Positions 19,575 to 28,530 of a stretch of 64,000 nt of DNA are shown here, piece by piece. The DNA is from Thermodesulfobacteriota bacterium (lineage in GTDB: Bacteria; Desulfobacterota; Desulfobacteria; Desulfobacterales; SURF-7): NCBI GenBank assembly GCA_049320885.1, contig JBMORA010000013.1:64001-128000 (forward strand). The letters are read 5' to 3'. Below the pieces are notes generated by a model. The model ran no database searches, had not been told where the DNA came from, and was given only the letters and a program-made list of their open reading frames with translations. The position numbers and the translations under genes are program-made. Position 1 is the stretch's first letter. Each line of letters starts with the position of its first letter.

Positions 19575-20180
19575 TTACGCCTTCACCTGGATGTAAATTC
19601 GTTTTTCTTCAAACTCCGCGGCAGAATAAATCTTGCGGGTGTCCACGAGTATATACCCCTCCGCATCCTCACGGATGCTCAAACGATCCAGGGGTCTGGG
19701 TGCCGGTCCGGCGAACTGCCGGCCGTCGGAATGAAATTCGCTGCCATGGCATGGGCATTTGAAGGTTTTGATCCCGGGAAACCAATTCACCGTGCATCCC
19801 AGGTGGGTGCAACGGGCATACAGGGCATATATCCGGTCGGCTTCCCGGATGACGAAAAACCGGTGTTCGGTTTTGAAGCGGTCATCCACGGCGATCACCC
19901 CATGGGCGTCCGGCGCGCCTGCGGCGATGAATTCGGCCAGGGGACCGATTCTGAATTGGCTGGGAGGCTGGAACACGACCGAAGGGAAAAAAAATGTAAC
20001 GGCTTCAAAAGTCGCTGCGCCCGTGCACACAAAAAACGCGCCCCAGCCGCCGGCTGAAAGACATTTGTGCAGGAATTCCCGCCGCGACGCCGGCGGCAGG
20101 GAGGATCGGGCCTGGGCAGCCGCCCGAAGCAGACCCTCGATGTTCCCATTTCCCGGATTGAGCTCCCCACCATTTTTCAT
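19575..20180 (-). CDS. Rieske [2Fe-2S] subunit of a quinol:cytochrome c oxidoreductase
   Basis: SRREFL Tat motif plus TM anchor; CTHLGC, CPCHGS, GPAPRPL. Confidence 0.95.
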   Translation of the reverse strand: MKNGGELNPGNGNIEGLLRAAAQARSSLPPASRREFLHKCLSAGGWGAFFVCTGAATFEAVTFFFPSVVFQPPSQFRIGPLAEFIAAGAPDAHGVIAVDDRFKTEHRFFVIREADRIYALYARCTHLGCTVNWFPGIKTFKCPCHGSEFHSDGRQFAGPAPRPLDRLSIREDAEGYILVDTRKIYSAAEFEEKRIYIQVKA

Positions 20181-20564
20181 GACGACCTTTCCGCCCTCGC
20201 GGTTTCGTCTTCAACCGGGCGCTGCCTGAACCGAACGGCTCGTCCCGGCGACCGGTCCCTTCCTGTTTCGGCAGGCATGCCGCAGAACCCGCCAGCGCCT
20301 TGCCGAACAACCCATCGCCCTTGTGCGCCGGGCATTAGTGAATAGTTTAGCTTTTTACTTTGCAAATAGATCAGCTCGAATCTCTTTGTCAAGAAAAAAA
20401 TATGGAATGAATATCCAATTAAATAACAAAAACTTGAAAAACCGCCCGCCCGGAGCGGGACTCCAGCCCGCGATAACTCATAGTTGACATATTCACTATA
20501 TGATAATATGAAGGGACCAGCTGTTCCACCCGATGACGCTTTTCCATATGAAAGGAGGGTTTCC

Positions 20565-20828
20565 ATGACATCCGCCAGGATTTCCATTCTCGGCATCACC
20601 GGCCTGTCCGCGCTTTTCGCCCTGGTTTACGCCGGTCTTTTCCTTGCTGTCTCCAACATATCCTATTGGTATTTCACCCATACATTTCTATATGCCGAAC
20701 TCTTCAACAATCCCGGATATCACCTGTACGACTGGCTCTGGAATCTTGTGGGAACCGCCGCCACCCTGGTCTGCACCTTTTTCATCGAATTCCTGCGCGG
20801 ATTTTTCCGCCGTCGAACAACGGTCTGA
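20565..20828 (+). CDS. Small two-TM hypothetical protein
   Basis: AGGAGG RBS, 87 aa, two hydrophobic stretches. Confidence 0.5.
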   Translation: MTSARISILGITGLSALFALVYAGLFLAVSNISYWYFTHTFLYAELFNNPGYHLYDWLWNLVGTAATLVCTFFIEFLRGFFRRRTTV

Positions 20829-21057
20829 CCCTCCCGTCCCCTCCGCCGCGACGCCAACCGGTCCTTTTGCCCACCGCTGGACGACCTTGCCATCGGAAGT
20901 TGTTTTTTCTTCGAAAACGTGTAAACTGAATGCGTCCAAAAAACGGCTTCCGTCATTCCGACGAAACGCGGGTGTGCTCGCAACCGGTAAACGCATCAGA
21001 CAGGTGACACCCCGGCGAAGCCCCGGTTCACTTTCATTCAATAAGGAGTATGCCATC

Positions 21058-21669
21058 ATGATCAGACATCTGCTCGTTGTTGCCGGCTGCCTGTGCGTTG
21101 CCGGCTTCCTGCCGGTTTCCTGCGCAACCACCAAGGTGGAACGGATCGCCGTGGACGAAACCGTGGACATCAGCGGGAATTGGAACGACAGCGATTCCCG
21201 GATGGTATCCGAGGAAATGATTGCGGATGTATTGAGCCGCAGCTGGCTCGATGTTTTTAAATCCACCCACCAGGGCCAGGCGCCCACGGTGATCGTCGGA
21301 ACCGTCCGGAACCGCAGTGACGAACACATCAACACCCGGACCTTTGTCAAGGATCTGGAGCGCTCGCTGATTAATTCCGGCCAGGTCGAGTTTGTCGCCT
21401 CCCAGGGCGAACGGGAGGAAATCCGGGAGGAACGCAAGGACCAGGCCACCCATGCATCCGAAGCCACCGCCAAGGAGGAAGGCCAGGAAATCGGGGCGGA
21501 TTTCATGCTCCAGGGCTCCATCAATACCATAACGGACCGGCTGGAAGACAAACAGGTCAAATATTATCAGGTCAACCTGGAAATGATCCATATCGAAACC
21601 CATAAAAAGGTCTGGATCGGAGAAAAAAAGATCAAGAAGCTGGTCGAAAAAAGCAGCTTCGGCATATGA
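21058..21669 (+). CDS. LpoB/CsgG-like lipoprotein
   Basis: AGGAG RBS; lipobox PVSC; DISGNWNDSD, VRNRSDEHINT, GADFMLQGSI, YYQVNLEM...VWIGEKKIKK. Confidence 0.8.
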   Translation: MIRHLLVVAGCLCVAGFLPVSCATTKVERIAVDETVDISGNWNDSDSRMVSEEMIADVLSRSWLDVFKSTHQGQAPTVIVGTVRNRSDEHINTRTFVKDLERSLINSGQVEFVASQGEREEIREERKDQATHASEATAKEEGQEIGADFMLQGSINTITDRLEDKQVKYYQVNLEMIHIETHKKVWIGEKKIKKLVEKSSFGI

Positions 21670-21727
21670 TCGGGCAACACCACACGATGCCGGGCGATGC
21701 CATTAGATGTTGCGGAAGACCGATCCC

Positions 21728-23044
21728 ATGCGCCGAATCCTGATACCAACCCTGGCGTTGGCGCTTACGGTGCTGACGAGCGCCTGCGGTCCGAGCGCGG
21801 CCTACCACCAGCGCCTCACGGGCCACCTGGCGGCCGGCGAATGCGAAAAAGCCGCGGAACTGGTGGAAGAAAGCCGGGACGACTATGGCGCCAACGCCGA
21901 GCTGCTGTATCTGCTGGATGGGGCCATGGTGAATTTCAACTGCGGCGATCAGGAACGGGCCCAGCGGCAATTCCAGGAAGCGGATCAGCTGGCGGAGCGT
22001 TTGTGGACGGAAAGCATCAGCGCCAATACCCTGGCCCTGGTCACCAACGATTATCTTCTGCCTTACGCCGGCGAGGATTTCGAACGGGTCATGATCCATC
22101 TGCTTGCCGCCCTGAGCTATCTCAAGTCGGATCAATTGGATGAAGCCCTGGTGGAATGCCGCAGGCTCGATTCCCTGCTGACGCTATACAGATCAAAATA
22201 TGAAGAAGCGAGTGTCTACAAGGAAGACGCTTTTGCCCGCTATCTCAGCGGCATGCTGAACGAGGATGATCAGGCCATGGACGATGCCTATATCGATTAC
22301 GCCAAGGCATATGGGATCTATGCAGACTATAAGGCCGCCTACGGGACGCCGGCCCCGCCCATCCTCGTCGAAGACCTGCTGCGGACGGCCAAAACCGTGG
22401 ATCGCGTCGAGGATGCCGAAAAACTCGTTCCCAAGGAGGACCGGCAACGCCATCTCAGCCGCACCGAGGCCCGGGATATGGGGCGCATTGTGTTGATTCA
22501 TCTGAACGGTGAGGCGCCGCAAAAGCAGGAGGACCGAATCTACCTTCCCACCTTTGGATACGGACCTCTGACCATCGCGTTTCCACGGATGGAGATTTTA
22601 CCGCCGGACTGCCGAAAATGCCGGCTTATCCTGACAGCGACGACCGGCATGCGGATCACGGCGGAAGGATTTCTGGCCGAGGACATCAATCGTATCGCGG
22701 TCAAGGATCTGGATGATCGCAAGGCCCGGATTCTGCTGAAAGCCGCGGCCCGGGCAGCCGCCAAACAGGTGGCCATCCACCAGATCGCCAATACCAGCAA
22801 GGACCGCGACAGCCGCAACCTGATCGTGACGGCCTTCAATATCGTCAATATCTTTCTGGAACAGGCGGACACCCGATCCTGGCGCACCCTTCCCGGCGAA
22901 ATCTATCTGGCCAGGGCCTACGTCCCACCCGGGACTTACAAGGTGGCGGTGGGAACCTGCCATGGGGCCGGCAAACCAATGGACCAGGTCCGGGTTGCCG
23001 CCGGTGAAACACGCTATCTGATTGTTGACGGACGCTATGAATGA
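21728..23044 (+). CDS. COG3014-like TPR lipoprotein
   Basis: Lipobox LTSAC; LPYAGEDFE, EALVECRR, ADTRSWRTLP. Confidence 0.75.
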   Translation: MRRILIPTLALALTVLTSACGPSAAYHQRLTGHLAAGECEKAAELVEESRDDYGANAELLYLLDGAMVNFNCGDQERAQRQFQEADQLAERLWTESISANTLALVTNDYLLPYAGEDFERVMIHLLAALSYLKSDQLDEALVECRRLDSLLTLYRSKYEEASVYKEDAFARYLSGMLNEDDQAMDDAYIDYAKAYGIYADYKAAYGTPAPPILVEDLLRTAKTVDRVEDAEKLVPKEDRQRHLSRTEARDMGRIVLIHLNGEAPQKQEDRIYLPTFGYGPLTIAFPRMEILPPDCRKCRLILTATTGMRITAEGFLAEDINRIAVKDLDDRKARILLKAAARAAAKQVAIHQIANTSKDRDSRNLIVTAFNIVNIFLEQADTRSWRTLPGEIYLARAYVPPGTYKVAVGTCHGAGKPMDQVRVAAGETRYLIVDGRYE

Positions 23045-23089
23045 TGACCGGGAACTGTCAGACGGAAACCAACCCGAATGGGGGCAACC

Positions 23090-24094
23090 ATGAATATAAA
23101 ACAGTGGTTCGTCATTGGATGGGGAGTTTTTCTGCTGGGTGCCTGCGCCGGTTCGGCTACAGCGCCGACCACCGCAAGGGAACCGGACTTTCCGGCGCAA
23201 AGATATCTGACCGCCGTCGGCATTGCTGCGACCGAAGCGGAGGCGCGGCGGCAGGCGGTGGTGGAGATGTCCCATATTTTCGAGTCCAGGGTTTTTGCGG
23301 AAACCTATGCCTCGGTTCAATCCGTTATCAATGAAACCGACCAGGAAGTCTTCTCCCGGGAAGCGGAATCCAGGGTACGGACCGTTTCCGAAGTTGAACT
23401 GAAAGGCGTCCGGATCGGGAAAACCTGGCAGGACTCAACCAGCGGCCAGGTTCATGCCATGGCCGTACTGGACAAATTTCAGGCCCGACGATCCTGGGAG
23501 GGAGAGATCGAAGCCATTGAAACCGCCATGGAAGGAACCCGAAGCTCCCTGGCCGCCGCCCGCAGCGATTTTCGAAAGCTCCAGGCCCAAAACCAGCTTA
23601 TGAGCTTCTGGTTGCAGCGGGAGTCCATCCGCAGCCGCTTGCGCGTGATCGGTTTCGCAGGAATACAGGAGGAGGAGGAGGAAATTCACGACATCGTCAG
23701 GGCCAATGCCGAAATTCGCGGCAGACTGAAAATCCTCATCGACATTTCAGGGAAAAAAGGCCCTGCCGTGATCAGCACCGTGGGGCAGCGTCTCACGGAA
23801 AACGGCTATAACCTCGTATTGACCGGCCAGGAGCCCGATATCGTGCTCCAGGGTGAAATCCGAACGGAAAACGTGAACCTGCCGAACCCCCAGGTCCGGT
23901 TTGTGCGGGCCCAGGTAATCCTTCAGCTGATCGACCGTGTTGAAGGGAGACAGGTGGCTGAAATCAAAGAAGATATCCGCAAAGGTCATGTCGACCGGAA
24001 AGAGGCCGCCCGCAATGCCGTCGAAGGTGTCGCCGGAATGACGGCCGCCCGGGTGATCGCGGTTTTTGGGCAGGTCGACGCATCCCGGGACTGA
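23090..24094 (+). CDS. LPP20-family lipoprotein
   Basis: Lipobox LGAC; FP..RYLTAVG...EARRQA..EMS.IFESRV. Confidence 0.65.
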   Translation: MNIKQWFVIGWGVFLLGACAGSATAPTTAREPDFPAQRYLTAVGIAATEAEARRQAVVEMSHIFESRVFAETYASVQSVINETDQEVFSREAESRVRTVSEVELKGVRIGKTWQDSTSGQVHAMAVLDKFQARRSWEGEIEAIETAMEGTRSSLAAARSDFRKLQAQNQLMSFWLQRESIRSRLRVIGFAGIQEEEEEIHDIVRANAEIRGRLKILIDISGKKGPAVISTVGQRLTENGYNLVLTGQEPDIVLQGEIRTENVNLPNPQVRFVRAQVILQLIDRVEGRQVAEIKEDIRKGHVDRKEAARNAVEGVAGMTAARVIAVFGQVDASRD

Positions 24095-24163
24095 AGCCAT
24101 GAATTGCATTTTATCAAACCGGCAACCGGCCGGGTTGAACAGAAACCATAAGGAGGGTTAACC

Positions 24164-24754
24164 ATGAACCACAAGCGCATGGCGTTGATCATGATCCTGT
24201 TCGTGCTGGCGGCAGTTCTGGCGGGTTGCAGCAAGGCCCAGGTGGCCAATGAAGCCCTTTCCGAGGAATTCGAAGATGCACCGGATTGGGTGCTGGGGGA
24301 ACAATCATCCGAAGCCGGCGCCCTGACCGCCGTCGGTTCCGCCAAGGTCGGCAAAGGCGGCGTGCAGTTCGCGCGCACCGAAGCCATGGCCCATGCCCGC
24401 ACCGAACTGTCCCAGCAGTTGGCAGTCAAGGTCAAGGCCTTGGTGAGCAATTTTTCCCAGCAGGTCGGCATGGGGGAGGGTCAGAGTCTGGATATGTTCA
24501 CCGAACAGATCTCCAAACAGGTTACCAATGAAACCATCAGCGGGTCCAAACAGAAAGAACTTTGGATCTCACCGGCTTCCGATTTGTATGTGCTCGTTTG
24601 CATCGATCCGGAAATGGTCAAGGCTTCGGTGAAAAATCGCATCATCACCAGCTTTAAAGGGGATGAAATCCGCTGGCAGAAATTTCAGGCCCAGAACGGC
24701 AGCGACGCCCTGGACAAGGAAATCGAAAAAACATTCGGTACCGAAGGAAAATGA
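24164..24754 (+). CDS. LPP20-family lipoprotein
   Basis: AGGAGG RBS; lipobox LAGC; APDWVL, AVGSA, A..HARTELSQQL.VKV, LYVLV. Confidence 0.8.
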   Translation: MNHKRMALIMILFVLAAVLAGCSKAQVANEALSEEFEDAPDWVLGEQSSEAGALTAVGSAKVGKGGVQFARTEAMAHARTELSQQLAVKVKALVSNFSQQVGMGEGQSLDMFTEQISKQVTNETISGSKQKELWISPASDLYVLVCIDPEMVKASVKNRIITSFKGDEIRWQKFQAQNGSDALDKEIEKTFGTEGK

Positions 24755-24776
24755 TGGTTCTGAGCGTCGCGATTTC

Positions 24777-25883
24777 TTACGAGCCCGGATAATAGGTCTC
24801 GCCGCTCTTCAAATCCACCCAGCTGTCCAACAGCCCCGCCGCCGCCAATTCCCGACGCAGATGCCTGGGTGGGAAATGCACCGGTTCATCGCCCAGCCGG
24901 AACGCCCCCCAGTGGACGATCATCAGCTTCCGGGCCTTCAGTTCCCGGAAGGCCTGCACGGTCTCCCGGGGGTTGATATGGCTCTGGGCCATGAACCAGC
25001 GGGGTTCATAGGCCCCCAGGTTGAAAATCGCCAGATCGATGTCATAGGCTGCGCCGATCTGCTCGAACCCGTCGAAATAAGCGGTATCGCCGGAAACATA
25101 AATGGTATAGCCCTGGGAGGTGCGGATCAGGTAGGAGCCCCACAGGGAGGTGTTCGGCCCCTGGATGGGGCTGCGCATGGTCCAGTGATTGCACGGCAGC
25201 AGGGTGATTTCCAGCCGGTTGTCCGTATAGCTGTCAAACCAATCCAGCTGGGTCCGATCCTGGACGCCCAGGGAGGTGAATTCCTCCTCGTATCCCAGGG
25301 GGCTGATCATATGGGTGGTTTTGCCGAAGGCGCCCAGGCTGGGCAAATCCAGGTGATCATAATGACCGTGGGTGATCAGAATATGGTCCGGTTTCGGGAT
25401 GGTATCCGTTTTCATGGCCGGCGGGTTGAAATCTTCGATAAACCAGAAGATATCGTCCAAGATCGGGTCAACCAGCAGGCGGCGTTCCTGATCTTGGATC
25501 AACAGTCCGGCATGCTTCAGGAAGGTGATGGACAGTCCGGCCGTATCCCGGATGGCCTCCCAGTTGACGGAAAAGGGCGTCATCGGCTGCTCATCCAGAT
25601 ATTTCCCGAATTGGTTGGCGGAAAACAATTTCCAGCGCATGAGATCCAGGAAGCGCCCATCCTGGGACAGGCCCATGGGGTTGTGGAAACGATTTGGTCC
25701 GTGATGGTGTTTTTTCCGGGCGATATCCCGCAGGAGGGTTCCGTTCAACGGCTGATAAAACAGCTGGGTCTCCAAATTCGGTTCCTGGACCGCCAGGGCG
25801 GAGAAACCCGGAGCCGTAAGGGGCAGGGATGCCAGCCCGGTCACTATTCGCTTCAAGAATTTCCTGCGTCCCATGGTCGTCAT
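24777..25883 (-). CDS. Tat-exported MBL-fold hydrolase (NAPE-PLD/RomA-like)
   Basis: GRRKFLK; RFHNP, THGHYDHLD, HW..R, SGDTAY, GAYEPRWFM..HINP, HWGAF. Confidence 0.85.
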   Translation of the reverse strand: MTTMGRRKFLKRIVTGLASLPLTAPGFSALAVQEPNLETQLFYQPLNGTLLRDIARKKHHHGPNRFHNPMGLSQDGRFLDLMRWKLFSANQFGKYLDEQPMTPFSVNWEAIRDTAGLSITFLKHAGLLIQDQERRLLVDPILDDIFWFIEDFNPPAMKTDTIPKPDHILITHGHYDHLDLPSLGAFGKTTHMISPLGYEEEFTSLGVQDRTQLDWFDSYTDNRLEITLLPCNHWTMRSPIQGPNTSLWGSYLIRTSQGYTIYVSGDTAYFDGFEQIGAAYDIDLAIFNLGAYEPRWFMAQSHINPRETVQAFRELKARKLMIVHWGAFRLGDEPVHFPPRHLRRELAAAGLLDSWVDLKSGETYYPGS

Positions 25884-26125
25884 CCCTTCCTCCTGCCGTC
25901 GTTCCCATCAGCTCCTTGAAAAGGCCGGTCATTTTACCGGTCTTGGCATACAATAATCATGATCGGTCATTTGAAAAGACCCGGAATGCCGCTGGATGGT
26001 ACTTGACAATGCCGCCGGGGACGGATTAGGGGAGTCCATTTGTTTTCATGGTTGCGGGGCAACCGTATCGCTCACGGTCAGCATTTCCCCATGATCGATA
26101 TAACATAACGAAAGGTAATCAAAAC

Positions 26126-26713
26126 ATGATGAATCCGGAATGGATGAACAAAAAGGAACGCTTGAAACAACTGTTGACGGAAAAATCCTTTCAATACAGT
26201 GACACCCCGAAATTCAAACTGGTATCGGGCGCCGTCAGCCAGTATTATATCGACTGCAAAATGACCACCCTGCTGTCCCATGGCAAAGTGCTCATCGGCG
26301 AAATTCTCTTTGAAATGATCAAGAGCCTGAATATCAAGGGGATCGGCGGACTGACCCTGGGGTCCGACCCCATCGCCAACGCCGTGGCCTTTGTGGCCGG
26401 GCTGCATGGGCTGGACATGATTTCCTTTGTGATCCGCAAGGAGGCCAAAAAGCACGGCACCCAAAAATGGATTGAAGGCGACATGCGGGCCGGTGACCGG
26501 GTGGTGGTCATCGACGATGTCATCACCACCGGCGGGTCCACGATCAAGGCCATCGACCGGGCCGAGGAGGCCGGACTGACCATTTTGAAAACCATCGTCC
26601 TGGTGGACCGGGAGGAAGGCGGCCGGGAAAACATCCTCGCCCGGGGTTACGATGTGGAAGCGGTTTTTACCAAATCGGAGCTCAGAGCCGCGTTTGAAAA
26701 AAGGCGCGGTTGA
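26126..26713 (+). CDS. pyrE: Orotate phosphoribosyltransferase
   Basis: FKLVSG..SQYYIDCK, IRKEAKKHGT, VVIDDVITTGGS, VDREEGG. Confidence 0.95.
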   Translation: MMNPEWMNKKERLKQLLTEKSFQYSDTPKFKLVSGAVSQYYIDCKMTTLLSHGKVLIGEILFEMIKSLNIKGIGGLTLGSDPIANAVAFVAGLHGLDMISFVIRKEAKKHGTQKWIEGDMRAGDRVVVIDDVITTGGSTIKAIDRAEEAGLTILKTIVLVDREEGGRENILARGYDVEAVFTKSELRAAFEKRRG

Positions 26714-28251
26714 TACAAGGCCCGGGCCTTGCGACCGAAGGGGATGCCCAGTTTGCGCATCTTCTGACGTAGGGTGGCCGGATGGATGTTCAGGAGGGCG
26801 GCGGCGCCGTTGGGCCCCTCAATGCGCCCGCGGGTCCGGTCCAGTGTTTTCCGGATATGGGCGGTGATAACGGCGTCCAGCTGGGAAACCACCGGGAAAG
26901 GCGGCTCGTTTTCCGCCGGATGATCCATTCCGCAGGATCGTTGCAGGTCGCTGAACGTCAGCGGCTGCCGCCCGCAGATGATCAGGGCCCGTTCCACCGC
27001 ATTTTCCAGCTCCCGCACATTACCGGGCCAATCATAGGCCATCAGTCCATCCAAGGCGCCCGGCGACAGGGTCGGCATCCCGGGAATGGCCAACTCTTTG
27101 GCTTTTTCCCGCAGAAAATGCTGGACCAGGGCGGGGATATCCAATTTGCGGCGCCTCAACGGCGGTATTTCAAGGGGAAACACCTTGAGCCGGAAATACA
27201 GATCCTCCCGGAATTGCCCGTGCCGGATCATCTGCTCCAGATCGCGATGCGTAGCGGCGATGACGCGGCTGTCCACTGCCATGGGGGCTTCTCCGCCGAC
27301 TCTTTCAATCTCCTTGTCCTGGAGCACCCGCAATAACCTGACCTGGGCTTCCAGCGGCAATTCACCGATTTCATCCAAAAAAATCGTGCCGCCGTCGGCC
27401 CGCTCGAAGCGTCCGCGCTTGCCGGCCACCGCGCCGGTAAAGGCGCCTTTCTCATGGCCGAAAAGCTCGCTGTCGATCAGGGACTCCGTGATGGCACCGC
27501 AATTGACCGTAATGAACGGTCCCTCCCGCCGGGGGGAGCTGTTGTGAATGGCCTTGGCGATCACTTCCTTGCCCACGCCGGTTTCCCCGAGGAGCAGCAC
27601 CGGGCTGCCGGACGGGGCCACCTTTCGGACCGCCTCCATGACGGCTTTCAGTCCGCCGGCGGAGCCGATGATTTGTTGCCCCTTCATCCGGAAGAGTTCA
27701 TCCTGAAGATAACGCTTGTCATCGGCCAGCAGGTTTTTCAGTTCGCGGACTTTCCGGTATCGCAGGCTGTTGGTCAAGGCGATTCCCAGGGGTTCATTCA
27801 GGAGCTTCAACAGGCGGACATGATCCGACGTATAGGGTGTCTGCTTTTCATTGATGATGATCAGGGCGCCCATGCGTTTGCCGGTGAGCACCATTTCCAT
27901 GGCGATGGAAGCGCCGTAGGGCCAATGAAGATGCCGGATCAGGGCCTGGGCCGCGTCGTCTTTGCCGATCCTGTTGGTTACCGTAATCCGGGGTTCGGTG
28001 ATGTCGGTGCGCAGCTGGCGCCGATGCTGGGGGGGAACCGGCACCAGGACGGGCAGGGTGTTGCTGCCGTCCAGATATGCCGCGGCAATGGTTTCATAGC
28101 TTTCCTGCTCCGGCAGGTACACCACAAACCCCATGAAATCCGCCGGGATGTACTCCCGGATATAGAGCAGGCAGGACCGCAGGGCTTTGTCGATTTCCAG
28201 ATTTCCGCAAATCCGCAGCGTGGCTTCGCGGAAAAATTCATTTTCATCCAT
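26647..28251 (-). CDS. Sigma54-dependent enhancer-binding protein (GAF-AAA+-HTH)
   Basis: GETGVGKE, SELFGHEKGAFTGA, FLDEIGE, WPGNVRELEN, C-terminal Fis-type HTH. Confidence 0.95.
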   Translation of the reverse strand: MDENEFFREATLRICGNLEIDKALRSCLLYIREYIPADFMGFVVYLPEQESYETIAAAYLDGSNTLPVLVPVPPQHRRQLRTDITEPRITVTNRIGKDDAAQALIRHLHWPYGASIAMEMVLTGKRMGALIIINEKQTPYTSDHVRLLKLLNEPLGIALTNSLRYRKVRELKNLLADDKRYLQDELFRMKGQQIIGSAGGLKAVMEAVRKVAPSGSPVLLLGETGVGKEVIAKAIHNSSPRREGPFITVNCGAITESLIDSELFGHEKGAFTGAVAGKRGRFERADGGTIFLDEIGELPLEAQVRLLRVLQDKEIERVGGEAPMAVDSRVIAATHRDLEQMIRHGQFREDLYFRLKVFPLEIPPLRRRKLDIPALVQHFLREKAKELAIPGMPTLSPGALDGLMAYDWPGNVRELENAVERALIICGRQPLTFSDLQRSCGMDHPAENEPPFPVVSQLDAVITAHIRKTLDRTRGRIEGPNGAAALLNIHPATLRQKMRKLGIPFGRKARALYQPRLFSNAALSSDLVKTASTS

Positions 28252-28446
28252 TCCCCTGGTTCCTCCCCCATCGAATACCTGAAACTTGATTATGCGACAG
28301 TTTATCAGCTACCTGTACTATTTTCCAGAAATAACTGTCATATTCCACAGAAATCACTGTGCGTACCGGCGGCCGGCCCTGGACTGAAAACCAATGGACG
28401 GCATAACAACTCGGATTCTCGATAAATTCAATCAATATACCTTCAA

Positions 28447-28462
28447 TGGCATCCTTCCTGCT
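28447..28462 (+). promoter_or_regulatory. Sigma54 -24/-12 promoter
   Basis: TGGCAT-CCTTC-CTGCT (GG-N10-GC), ~70 bp upstream of 28531 and divergent from the enhancer-binding protein gene. Confidence 0.7.
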
Positions 28463-28530
28463 TTACACCTCAGCCAACCGGACGGTGATGTGGCACAACG
28501 CCGTCCCCATCCCCGACCAAAGGAGACGCC

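Noticed and set aside
20177..20599. 140-aa minus-strand ORF upstream of the Rieske gene
   Set aside because: It spans the AT-rich divergent promoter region, has no RBS or motifs, and overlaps the plus-strand small gene
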